From Deltaproteobacteria bacterium (GTDB lineage: Bacteria; Desulfobacterota; Deferrimicrobia; J040), in the NCBI GenBank assembly GCA_003696505.1, contig RFHC01000076.1:1-40797 (forward strand): a stretch of 40,797 bases of DNA, written 5' to 3'. Below, in pieces: positions 26,785 to 35,118 of the stretch. A program made the position numbers and the translations under genes. How positions within the stretch are numbered: position 1 is the first letter of the stretch; each line of letters begins with the position of its first letter. Under the pieces are notes generated by a model. It was not told the origin of the DNA, made no database searches, and saw nothing but the letters and a program-made list of their open reading frames with translations.

Positions 26785-26804
26785 AGAGGAAAAAAATTCC
26801 TCTT
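26784..26804 (-). terminator. hairpin after the permease gene (possible partial terminator)
   Basis: aagaggaa (26784-26791) / ttcctctt (26797-26804) form an 8-bp stem with a 5-nt loop, 13 nt past stop 26817. No U-tract follows on the minus strand. It abuts the candidate -10 box. Confidence 0.35.
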
Positions 26805-26816
26805 CCGGCCCCCTGC

Positions 26817-28154
26817 TCACCTCAGAAAGAGGAAAGTGACGAGGACGAAAGTCGGCTCGAGGATGAGGAGGGAGTAGAGCATGTACCCGAAGAAGGACGG
26901 CATTTTGACGCCGTTTTCCTCGGCAATCGACTTGACCATAAAATTGGGCGCGTTGCCGATGTAGGTGTTCGCCCCCATGAAGACGGCACCAGCAGATATC
27001 GCCATGAGAATTTTCGCCGGCACGCCCACCACCTCGGGCGTGGCCCCGAGCCCCTGTGCCAGGGAGAGGAAGGTGAGGTATGTGGGAGCGTTGTCGAGGA
27101 AACTGGAAAGGGACCCCGTTGCCCAGAAAAACTGCCACGGTTCCGTCACTCCCAGTTCTCCCCCTCGAGCTTTCAGGATGAGAAGAGCAGGTATCATGGC
27201 AGCGAAAATCCCCGCGAAGAGCTTTGCCACCTCCTCGATGGGGAAGTAGGTAAACTCGTTCTCCTCACGGAGAGACTTGGGCGTCACCTTGATGGAGATG
27301 AGCGAGGCGATGACCATGATGATTTCCCGGTACGGGGGCTTGATGAAGACTGCCCCGAGCACGGCGGCGAGGAGGAGGAAGTTGTAGGACCCCTCTATCT
27401 TCAGGGGAATCTTCTCCCCTTCCAGTTCGTATCCATACTTTGCCAGGTCTTTCCTGTACTTTATCGTGTCGATGACGACGAAAACTGCGACGACGACGCC
27501 CACCTCGAATGCCCATAGGTGAATGAGGTGCTTCAGGGTCCAGAAAAAGGGGACACCCTTGAGGAATCCGAGGAAGAGGGGTGGGTCGCCGATGGGCGTG
27601 AGGGAACCGCCGATGTTCGACACGATGAAGATGAAAAAGATGACCACGTGGGCAAAGGACTTCCTCCACCGGTTCATTCGAATGACGGGACGGATAAGGA
27701 GCATGCTCGCTCCCGTCGTCCCGAGGAGGTTGGCGATGACGGACCCGATGAGGATGAAAATGGAGTTTGTCAGAGGTGACCCCTTCAGCGTTCCCCTGAT
27801 GAGGATTCCCCCCGAGATGATGAAGAGCGCGCCCAGGAGGATGATGAAGGAGACGTATTCCCCCGCCGTGTGAAGGACGGCGTGGTAGTCCTTGAAGAGG
27901 AAGTAAATCGCCACAGGCGCCCCGAAGGCTGCCGCCACCTTTCCGTAATGTCTTTCCCAGAAGTGGGGATTGACGAGGGGAAATATGGCGATGGAAAGGA
28001 GAAGACCCGCAAAGGGGAGGACCCAGAGGAGAGAGAGTTCCTTTCCTATCTCGTGGACTTCTCCCTCAGAGCAGAGACCGGCAACGGGCATGAGGAGAAC
28101 GAGTCCGACGACGCAGAGAGAGGGGATTGTCCTTAACGGGGAAAACCTCTTCAT
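26817..28154 (-). CDS. NhaD/ArsB/CitMHS-superfamily ion transporter (putative Na+/H+ antiporter-like permease)
   Basis: 445-aa polytopic protein. Segments such as IGGSLTPIGDPPLFLGFLKGVPF and NAPTYLTFL are typical of this permease superfamily. Confidence 0.7.
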   Translation of the reverse strand: MKRFSPLRTIPSLCVVGLVLLMPVAGLCSEGEVHEIGKELSLLWVLPFAGLLLSIAIFPLVNPHFWERHYGKVAAAFGAPVAIYFLFKDYHAVLHTAGEYVSFIILLGALFIISGGILIRGTLKGSPLTNSIFILIGSVIANLLGTTGASMLLIRPVIRMNRWRKSFAHVVIFFIFIVSNIGGSLTPIGDPPLFLGFLKGVPFFWTLKHLIHLWAFEVGVVVAVFVVIDTIKYRKDLAKYGYELEGEKIPLKIEGSYNFLLLAAVLGAVFIKPPYREIIMVIASLISIKVTPKSLREENEFTYFPIEEVAKLFAGIFAAMIPALLILKARGGELGVTEPWQFFWATGSLSSFLDNAPTYLTFLSLAQGLGATPEVVGVPAKILMAISAGAVFMGANTYIGNAPNFMVKSIAEENGVKMPSFFGYMLYSLLILEPTFVLVTFLFLR

Positions 28155-28165
28155 TGAGGAACCTC

Positions 28166-28996
28166 CTACTCGTAGATGAAGAGAGAGCAGACAGTGTCTT
28201 TCACGAGGGACTCCGTGAGCGAGCCGAAGAGGTACTCCCTGAACCGGCTCTCCCCCCTCTTCCCGAGGATGAGGAGACCCACCTCTTCCGTCTCGACGAA
28301 GCGCCTGACCGCTGATATCTTCTCTCCCTTGAGGGGAACCTCCGTCACCGAAGTGTAGCCGTGGAGCCTGAAGTACTCCCTGTAGGGTGTGAAGCGCTTT
28401 GTTCTCTCCCCCTCTGAGGAGACGTGGGCGAAGAGTATTCGCGACTTCCTGTAAAGCCCCAGGTGAAGGAACGCAAAGAGGGAGTGGTGGAACTCCCTGC
28501 CGAAGTCGCTCGCCACTCCCACGGCGTCGGGAGGGAACCCGTTGGGAACGAAGAAGAGAACCGGCTGGTGTATCTCCAGGATGAGGTCGACGAAGAACGA
28601 GGGCGATTCCTTCTCCTTCTGAAAGGAGAAGATGGAGGACGAGTTGATGACCACGAGGTCGTGACCGAAGGTGCGGGATGCGATCTCCTCGATGGGGCTA
28701 CCCTCGGCGATGGAATGCTCGTATTCCACCTTCTTCTCGTCCAGTTTCTCCCCGAAGGCGCGGACGAACTCCCTCACCCTCTTTTTCTCCGACGATGAGA
28801 CCTTCTCCCGCGCCTCCTCGGCCATGGAGATGGCACCGATGGGCGCTCCGGAGAGGCTCGACTCCACACCCGGAATATCGACGATTCCGAGTCCGTGGAC
28901 GATTATTCTCCGGTCCGGAGAAAGGGTGTTCACGAAAGCAGAGAGCCTGTCGGCGTCTTCGAATCCCCCCAGGGGAACGAGAACCTTTTCCAGCAT
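28166..28996 (-). CDS. tandem universal stress protein (UspA-like) domains
   Basis: There are two USP-like halves. The second ends LLILGKRGESRFREYLFGSLTESLV (ATP-binding G-x2-G-x9-GS-like motif). ATG 28996 follows AAGGAGGAG. The track GTG at 29023 would overlap DoxX. Confidence 0.75.
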   Translation of the reverse strand: MLEKVLVPLGGFEDADRLSAFVNTLSPDRRIIVHGLGIVDIPGVESSLSGAPIGAISMAEEAREKVSSSEKKRVREFVRAFGEKLDEKKVEYEHSIAEGSPIEEIASRTFGHDLVVINSSSIFSFQKEKESPSFFVDLILEIHQPVLFFVPNGFPPDAVGVASDFGREFHHSLFAFLHLGLYRKSRILFAHVSSEGERTKRFTPYREYFRLHGYTSVTEVPLKGEKISAVRRFVETEEVGLLILGKRGESRFREYLFGSLTESLVKDTVCSLFIYE

Positions 28997-29006
28997 CTTC
29001 TCCTCC

Positions 29007-29408
29007 TTATCCTCTCTTCCCACTCCTCAGGAAATCGACGCTGAACCTGCCGGGACCTTCCGCGAGAAGGAGGAAGAGCCCTCCGAGTATGGCCAGGTTC
29101 TTCATCAGCATGATCATCTGAAGCCTGTTGCCCGGGTCCCAGTGGAAGATGAACGTGACGGGAACGAGGAAAAAGATGAGAGCCAGGGAAGCGAGCCGGG
29201 TAAACCAGCCTGCCAGGAGCATGGCCCCTGCGCCGATTTCAACGATAATCGCCAGCGCGAGCCAGAGTCCGACGGCGTGCATGTGATGGGAGGACATGTA
29301 CGCCATCGTGCCCTTAACGTCAAGGAGCTTGCTCACGCCGGAAACGAGGAAGATGTGCCCCACGAGAACTCGTCCGACCAGCATTCCCGCACCTTTGAAA
29401 TTCTCCAT
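29007..29408 (-). CDS. DoxX-family membrane protein
   Basis: The sequence MENFKGAGMLVGRVLVGHIFLVSGVSKL... has four TM segments and the typical DoxX N-terminus. The track start GTG 29441 has no SD. Confidence 0.75.
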   Translation of the reverse strand: MENFKGAGMLVGRVLVGHIFLVSGVSKLLDVKGTMAYMSSHHMHAVGLWLALAIIVEIGAGAMLLAGWFTRLASLALIFFLVPVTFIFHWDPGNRLQMIMLMKNLAILGGLFLLLAEGPGRFSVDFLRSGKRG

Positions 29409-29483
29409 CTTCCCGATGACCTCCCCCTGATTTTCTGGCACAAAGGGTTATTTATCAGAAAAAAGAGAAAACCGCCACCTCCT

Positions 29484-29512
29484 TTTACAGGAAATGAGGA
29501 AAATTGTATCAT
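29484..29512 (+). promoter_or_regulatory. candidate sigma70 promoter for the ABC importer operon
   Basis: TTTACA (29484-29489), a 17-nt spacer, then TATCAT (29507-29512), in the DoxX/SBP divergent gap. Confidence 0.4.
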
Positions 29513-29522
29513 CTATAGCGAA

Positions 29523-30710
29523 ATGGAACGAAGGAGAACGGTGAAAAGAGGAAAGGCCACACTCGCTCTCATCCTCCTGGCCTCCCTTTTCCTCCTGCCC
29601 TCACTCTCGGCGGCAGGGTCGAAGAGGACAGCCCCCCTCAAAGTGGGAGTCCTCTGCCCTCTCTCCGGCCCATTCGCACCGGGAGGGAAGTCCTTTCTGA
29701 GAAGCGTTACCCTTGCTGCTGAGGAAATCAACGAGAAGGGGGGCGTCCTGGGAAGACCCATCCTGCTGGTAACGGGAGACTCCGAGGGAAAGGTGGGGCG
29801 CGCGCGTAACGAGGCGCTCCGCCTCGTGGACAGCGAGGGGGTAAAATTCCTCATCGGCGCTTACCTCTCGGAAGAGACGCTGGGCGTCGTGGAAGTAGCG
29901 GCGGAGAGAAAAGTCCTCCTCCTCGTGCCCATCTCCGCCACCGAGAGAATCACCGGTCTGGTCCGGGAAAACCCTGACCGATACAGCACCGTTTTCCGGA
30001 CAGGCTTCTCCATCTCGCGGTGGGCAGAGATGATTGCCCGTTTTATTAGTGCACAGGGGTCCAGAAAGCCTGCTTTTCTCGGAACGGCAATCCGGTGGAA
30101 CCGTGAACTGGCGGAAAAACTCGAGGAGGTCCTTTCCCGGCAGGGTATTAAACTCATCATCGAAGACTTCTATTCCCCGAGGCGGCCCGTCATCAAACCG
30201 ATACTCCTCCGGCTCGCCCTGAAAAAACCCGACCTCATCATCCTGGGAGACCCGGGGAAGAATTCCATCCAGGCGGTCCGGGAGATGGAGGAACTGGGAT
30301 TGAAAACCCCCATCCTCTCCGTGGGGGGGACGCTCGCAGACGAGAGGGTCGCGAAAGACCTCTCGCCGAAGGTTCCCCTCTACGCCCTTGCCGCCGCTTA
30401 CCGGGGAGCGTCTCCAGAGGCCGATAGATACTTCGACGCCTTCCGGAAAAAGTACGGATATTTCCCCTCCGGATACAGCGACACTCTCCCGGGAGACGCC
30501 CTGAGGATTCTCGCCGGCGCTCTCCAAAAGGCTCGCGAGTGGTCCCCGAAATCTGTGGCTTCACTTCTCGAAAAGGGAACCTTTCCCGGTGTTTCGGGCG
30601 CCTACTCCTTCGACGAATCCCATCAGGCGGAGTGGGGGACCCCCTCCCTGTCGGGAGTGGTCGTCAGGTGGGAGGGGTCACGCTTCGTCCCCCTGAAACC
30701 GGAAAAATGA
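29523..30710 (+). CDS. ABC transporter substrate-binding protein, LivJ/LivK-like (type I periplasmic binding fold)
   Basis: Signal peptide KRGKATLALILLASLFLLPSLSAAG, followed by LKVGVLCPLSGPFAPGGKS...INEKGGVLGRPI. The start is ATG 29523 or, more likely, in-frame GTG 29541, which is preceded by AAGGAG. The track ORF start at 28671 is a spurious extension. Confidence 0.85.
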   Translation: MERRRTVKRGKATLALILLASLFLLPSLSAAGSKRTAPLKVGVLCPLSGPFAPGGKSFLRSVTLAAEEINEKGGVLGRPILLVTGDSEGKVGRARNEALRLVDSEGVKFLIGAYLSEETLGVVEVAAERKVLLLVPISATERITGLVRENPDRYSTVFRTGFSISRWAEMIARFISAQGSRKPAFLGTAIRWNRELAEKLEEVLSRQGIKLIIEDFYSPRRPVIKPILLRLALKKPDLIILGDPGKNSIQAVREMEELGLKTPILSVGGTLADERVAKDLSPKVPLYALAAAYRGASPEADRYFDAFRKKYGYFPSGYSDTLPGDALRILAGALQKAREWSPKSVASLLEKGTFPGVSGAYSFDESHQAEWGTPSLSGVVVRWEGSRFVPLKPEK

Positions 30711-31567
30711 ACATCCTCGCCCAGAGCCTGGCAGGCGGATTTTTCCTGGGAATCTCCTACGCCGTGCTCTCGGCAGGGCTCGCCCTCACCGTCAACGTCG
30801 TGGAGATAATCAACCTCTCCCACGGCGCCTTCTACCTCATGGGAGCCTACCTCGCCTACTCCGCCTCGAGTTTCCCCGGACTCAGCCTCCTCTTCCTGGC
30901 CGCATCCGCCGCTGGCCCCGCCCTCCTCGGCCTCTTCATCGCCCGGACTCTCGTCAATCCGCTCAGGAAGGACCACTTCTCCATCGCAGTGGGGACACTG
31001 GGGCTTGCAATCCTCTTCGAGCAGGCGGCAGACCTCCTCTGGGGGGACAGGGCGCTCTCCGTCCATCCCGGCGCTCCTCTCGGAGAAATCCTCGGGGTGA
31101 AAATCTATCCCTGGCATGCCGGCGAAATCCTCCTCTCCGGAGCGGTCTTCATCCTCTTCTTCCTCCTTCCGAGGACGAAACTGGGCCTGGCCATGCGTGT
31201 CCTCGCGGAAGACGAGGAAATGGCAGAAAGCGTGGGGATAAACACGAACGCGGTGAGAGCAACGGCGTTCTCGCTCTCATGCGCCCTCGCGTCGGTTGCG
31301 GGCTTCGTCTCCGCCCCGGGCCTCGTCCTGACACCGACAGCAGGACGGATGCCCCTCATCTTTGCCCTGGTCATCGTCATTCTCGCGGGGACGAGGAGAC
31401 TCCTTCCCGTCGCCGCCCTCTCTCTCGGACTCGGCATGGTCACCTTCGGCCTCGCCCTCGCCACGAGCGCCTACGTGGAATACATCCTCCTCCTCACCGC
31501 CGTGCTCGTCGTCGTTTCCGTCAGGAGAGGGGGCCTCTTCACCCTGAAGATAGAGAGGGACTACTGA
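30707..31567 (+). CDS. livH: branched-chain amino-acid-type ABC permease (LivH-like)
   Basis: ATGA overlap with the SBP stop. The sequence MNILAQSLAGGFFLGISYAVLSAGLALTVNVVEIINLSHGAFYLMGAY is the typical LivH N-terminus. Confidence 0.85.
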   Translation: MNILAQSLAGGFFLGISYAVLSAGLALTVNVVEIINLSHGAFYLMGAYLAYSASSFPGLSLLFLAASAAGPALLGLFIARTLVNPLRKDHFSIAVGTLGLAILFEQAADLLWGDRALSVHPGAPLGEILGVKIYPWHAGEILLSGAVFILFFLLPRTKLGLAMRVLAEDEEMAESVGINTNAVRATAFSLSCALASVAGFVSAPGLVLTPTAGRMPLIFALVIVILAGTRRLLPVAALSLGLGMVTFGLALATSAYVEYILLLTAVLVVVSVRRGGLFTLKIERDY

Positions 31568-32508
31568 TGCGGGGAAAAAGCCTGATCCCCTTCATCCTCG
31601 GCCTGGCACTCCTCCTCCCCCTCCTCGGCCCGGGCCCTTATCACCTTTCTCTCCTCAACTCCGCCCTCGTCATCACCCTCCTCACTCTCTCCTGGGACCT
31701 CCTGGGAGGGGTGGCGGGACAGGTGAGTCTGGGACAGGCTCTCTTCCTGGGGCTGGGAGCATACGGTTTCTCGCTCCTCTCCACTTACCTCCCCCCGGCG
31801 GGTGCGGCTCTGGCAACAGCGGTGGTCGGGACAGCTTTCGCTGCCTTTTTCGGGCTTTTCGCTTCTCGCCTGGAGGGGATATTCTTCGCCCTGTTCACCC
31901 TGTGCAGCGCTGAGGTCTTCCACGAGGCGACGATGAATATTCCCTTCATCCTGAAGGGAGTTGAGGTGGGAGGGGAAGGAGGTGTCCCCTGCCTGGGGGG
32001 TGCGGGAATCCTCTCCCTCAGGGGGCTCGTCGTGGAGTACTACTCCCTCCTCCTCTTCACAGCCTCTGTCGGGTGGTTCCTCCTGCGGACTCTCCGCCAC
32101 CCCGTTGGACTGAAACTGCGGGGGATAGCGGAGAACGAACTGCTCGCCCGGGCAACGGGCCTCCCCGTGGAGAGACTCAAGTTTGGGGCGTTCGTTGCCT
32201 CGGGAGTCCTCGGAGTGGTGGCCGGGATATTTTCCGCCCTGCATTCCGGGAGGGCCACGCCGTCCGATTTCTCCCTTGAACTTTCTTTCCAGGCAGCGAC
32301 TCTCTCCGCCCTCGGGGGAAGGGGCACGGTTACAGGGCCTGCCCTCACAGCCGTAGCAGTGTCCTACCTCTTTGGGGCTCTGGACGTCCCTCCCCAGGTG
32401 AGGCTCTCACTCTATGCCATTCTCCTCCCCGCCATCCTTCTCGACCTTCCGAGAAAGGCCCTCGGCCTCCTCAGGGGGAGCAGGACGCCGCTCTCCTCCC
32501 GTCAGTGA
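31567..32508 (+). CDS. livM: branched-chain amino-acid-type ABC permease (LivM-like)
   Basis: TGATG overlap with livH. LSWDLLGGVAGQVSLGQALFLGLGAYG is the LivM hallmark. Confidence 0.85.
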   Translation: MRGKSLIPFILGLALLLPLLGPGPYHLSLLNSALVITLLTLSWDLLGGVAGQVSLGQALFLGLGAYGFSLLSTYLPPAGAALATAVVGTAFAAFFGLFASRLEGIFFALFTLCSAEVFHEATMNIPFILKGVEVGGEGGVPCLGGAGILSLRGLVVEYYSLLLFTASVGWFLLRTLRHPVGLKLRGIAENELLARATGLPVERLKFGAFVASGVLGVVAGIFSALHSGRATPSDFSLELSFQAATLSALGGRGTVTGPALTAVAVSYLFGALDVPPQVRLSLYAILLPAILLDLPRKALGLLRGSRTPLSSRQ

Positions 32509-32663
32509 GCCAGGTCTCCCATCGTAAAGTATTCCCTCAGCGCCCTCTCCACGACGAGAGACTCGGGAATCCGGTGCTCCCTCGAGAAATCGCGCAACCG
32601 GCGGGCCAGGTCGCGGGGAAGTTCTATCTGGAGAACCTCCTTCTCCTCCCTGTCAGCCTTCAT
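32502..32663 (-). CDS. ribbon-helix-helix (CopG-like) small protein, 53 aa
   Basis: The sequence is MKADREEKEVLQIELPRDLARRLRDFSREHRIPESLVVERALREYFTMGDLAH. It shows a beta-strand (LQIELP) plus two helices, the RHH pattern. GGGAGGAG lies 9 nt upstream. The ATG overlaps the livF-like 3' end by 11 nt. The stop overlaps the convergent livM stop by 7 nt. It is below the track cut-off. Confidence 0.5.
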   Translation of the reverse strand: MKADREEKEVLQIELPRDLARRLRDFSREHRIPESLVVERALREYFTMGDLAH

Positions 32664-33402
32664 TTCCGCAACTCCTCCCTGAACCGTAATACTGGCGGAA
32701 CCGCCTCTTCAATTTCTCCACCTCGCCCGGCCCTCCCCTGCCGGACATGACGACTTCCCCGTTGAGGAAGACCAGGTACTCGTCCGCCTCGGGGAGAATT
32801 TCGTCAAGGTCGTGCTCCGCAACGACGAGGGTCAATCCCTCCCCCTTCAACTCCCTGAGGAGGGAGACGATTTTCTCCCTCATCGAGAGGGAGAGGCCGA
32901 GGAAGGGTTCGTCGAAGAGCATCACCCGGGGAGACGAGAGAAGCGCCCTCCCGACGACGAGCATCTGCCTCTGCCCTCCGCTCAAGACTCCCGCCAGGTC
33001 CTTCCTGTGCCGGGCAAGGTCGGGGAAAAGGTCGTACACCCTCTCCAGGTCCCTGAGCGCCTCCTTCCTCTTTCTCAGATAGGCGCCGACGAGGAGGTTC
33101 TCCTCCACCGTCATGGAGAGCCCCACCCGGGCGCGGTCAGGAATGTACTGAATTCCCATCCTCACTCTCTCGTGCGGCGGAAGGCGGGTCACGTTTTCTC
33201 CCAGGTAAAATATTTTCCCCGAGGTGACGGGCACCAGCCCGGCAATGGCTTTCAGGAGGGTCGTTTTCCCGGACCCGTTCGCTCCGAGCACCGCCGTAAG
33301 AGTCCCGGCTTTGAAATCGCAGGATGCCTCCTTCAACGCACAGACGGAGTCGAACCTGACGAGAAGTTTCCTCACCTTCAGAATCGGTTCGACCTTCTTC
33401 AA
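32653..33402 (-). CDS. livF: ABC transporter ATP-binding protein (LivF-like)
   Basis: ABC motifs: GANGSGKTT (Walker A), LSGGQRQMLVVGRAL (signature), VMLFDEP (Walker B), AEHD (H-loop). 4-nt overlap with the upstream ATPase gene. Confidence 0.85.
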   Translation of the reverse strand: MKKVEPILKVRKLLVRFDSVCALKEASCDFKAGTLTAVLGANGSGKTTLLKAIAGLVPVTSGKIFYLGENVTRLPPHERVRMGIQYIPDRARVGLSMTVEENLLVGAYLRKRKEALRDLERVYDLFPDLARHRKDLAGVLSGGQRQMLVVGRALLSSPRVMLFDEPFLGLSLSMREKIVSLLRELKGEGLTLVVAEHDLDEILPEADEYLVFLNGEVVMSGRGGPGEVEKLKRRFRQYYGSGRSCGNEG

Positions 33403-34106
33403 CGGAGAGCCTCCCTTACCCCTTCGGGGGAGCCTTCGTAAACGACGAGACCGTCTTCGATGACGAGGCAGCGCTGGCAGAGCTCTTCGACGACGAGGAG
33501 GTTGTGTGAGACGAGGACGAAGGATATCCCCTCTGCGTTGAGGGAGAGCATCAGTTCCTCCACCTCACGCTGGTCCGCCACAGAGAGAGCGGAAAAAATC
33601 TCGTCCAGGAGGATGACCCTCGGCCGGAGTGCCACAGCCCGGGCAATCTCCAGACGTCTCAGGCATCCCTGGGAAAGTTTCCCCGCCTCCAGGTTTCCCT
33701 GACGGAAAAGCCCCGTCCTCTCGAGAACGGCCTCTACGATTTCGTCCACGCTCTTTGCGTCTCCTCCCGACGCGAGCGCCGCAAGCCGGACCGTTTCCCT
33801 GACGGTGAAGGAGCGGAATGTCTGGGGGACCTGAAAGGTCCTCACGATTCCCGCCCTGACGAACTCCTCCATCGGGAGCCCGGTCATCCTCTTCCCTGTG
33901 AAGAAAACGTCACCCCTGTCCGGCTTCAGGAGACCCGATACGATGTTGAGGAGGGTTGTCTTCCCCGAACCGTTCGGTCCGGTGAGCCCGAGTATTTCCC
34001 CTTCGGCAAGGGTGAAGGAAACGCCTCTGAGCGCGCGGAAGGAATTGAATCTCTTCTCAACCTGGACGGCTTCGAGGATGGGACCTCTTTCGCTCCTCCC
34101 GGACAA
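33399..34106 (-). CDS. livG: ABC transporter ATP-binding protein (LivG-like)
   Basis: GPNGSGKTT (Walker A), LSQGCLRRLEIARAV (LivG-type signature) and ILLDEIFSAL (slightly atypical Walker B/D-loop). It starts 12 nt after the U32 stop. Confidence 0.8.
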   Translation of the reverse strand: MSGRSERGPILEAVQVEKRFNSFRALRGVSFTLAEGEILGLTGPNGSGKTTLLNIVSGLLKPDRGDVFFTGKRMTGLPMEEFVRAGIVRTFQVPQTFRSFTVRETVRLAALASGGDAKSVDEIVEAVLERTGLFRQGNLEAGKLSQGCLRRLEIARAVALRPRVILLDEIFSALSVADQREVEELMLSLNAEGISFVLVSHNLLVVEELCQRCLVIEDGLVVYEGSPEGVREALR

Positions 34107-34118
34107 GGAACCCCCGGT

Positions 34119-35066
34119 TCAGAGAGTGGCTTCCCTGATGAGGGAGCGGGTCTTCTCTGTCCTCTCGGCGTCCCTCCTCGATTGAATCCTCTCCAGCTCT
34201 TCCCTGTACGGACGGATGTCGACGCCTTTCCCCCTTTCGATGCACTCGTCGATGAGGCGCCTGTAGAGGGACACCATCTCCCCCACGAGTCCGGGAGAGT
34301 ACTCCCTTCCCTGTATCTTCAGGGTCGTCACGCCCGCCTCAATGAGGGCCGGAATGTCGTCGAAGATGAAATAGGCGGTGTTGGGAAGGACCACGCTCTT
34401 CTCCCACTCTCCCCCATCCTGCCTCACCTCCCACTCGGTGAGACAGATGCGGTAGCAGAGACCGCCCCGGTTGGGGGACCCGCGGAAGTGTTTTTTCCCC
34501 GTCTCGTCGGGGGAGTGCTCAAACTTCGTGTACGAAGACATGGTGCAGCGGCCGAGGAAGGTGTAGCAGGTGGTGGCGTGGACGAGGACCTCGACGCCGA
34601 CGCCCACCTTTTCCCGTATTTCGCGGATGTCGTCGAGGGGCATCCTGCACTCCGTCACCACCTGAGAAGCCCCTGCATCCTTGTAAAGGAGCGCGTCGTA
34701 AAGGTTGACGATGGTGCACCCGACGCTGGCGTGGACCTTGATTTCGGGGAATTCCTCCTTCACGATTCGCATGAGCCCCGGGTCGGTGAGAATCACGTCG
34801 TCGATGGGGAAGGAAGCAAACTTCTCCATCTTCCGGCGGAAAAGGTCCACCTCGTCCGAAGCGGGGAGGGTGTTTATCGCCACCCTGATTTTCTTCCCCC
34901 TCTCGTGGAGGAAGTCGGCACTCCTCTTAATAGTCTCGTCGTCCATTTCGTATTCCCTGCGCCGGCGGGACCATCCGAGTGCCCCCACGTAGACGGCATC
35001 CGCGCCGCCCTCCGCACAGGCCTGGACCATTTCGAACGTCCCTCCGGACGCGAGAAGCTCAACCAT
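34119..35066 (-). CDS. U32-family protein, UbiU-like
   Basis: U32 features: ELLASGGTFEMVQACAEGGADAVYVG and the Cys pattern TTCYTFLGRC-x29-CYRIC (C-x6-C...C-x3-C). ATG 35066 has GGGAGGTG 8 nt upstream. The track ATG at 35090 has no SD. Confidence 0.8.
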   Translation of the reverse strand: MVELLASGGTFEMVQACAEGGADAVYVGALGWSRRRREYEMDDETIKRSADFLHERGKKIRVAINTLPASDEVDLFRRKMEKFASFPIDDVILTDPGLMRIVKEEFPEIKVHASVGCTIVNLYDALLYKDAGASQVVTECRMPLDDIREIREKVGVGVEVLVHATTCYTFLGRCTMSSYTKFEHSPDETGKKHFRGSPNRGGLCYRICLTEWEVRQDGGEWEKSVVLPNTAYFIFDDIPALIEAGVTTLKIQGREYSPGLVGEMVSLYRRLIDECIERGKGVDIRPYREELERIQSRRDAERTEKTRSLIREATL

Positions 35067-35118
35067 CGAGATGCACCTCCCTGTTTTCATTCCGGAATTT
35101 CAATTTTACCACAGGAAA

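Noticed and set aside
25152-27518. 788-aa plus-strand ORF spanning the antisense of the MBL, ALDH and permease genes
   Set aside because: It crosses two intergenic regions of well-supported minus-strand genes and is R/H/E/D/P-rich. It is explained by sense-strand avoidance of TTA, CTA and TCA.
32502-32663. The RHH ORF as the antitoxin of a toxin-antitoxin pair
   Set aside because: There is no adjacent small toxin-like ORF (PIN, RelE, ParE, MazF, etc.) on either side. It is embedded between transporter genes.
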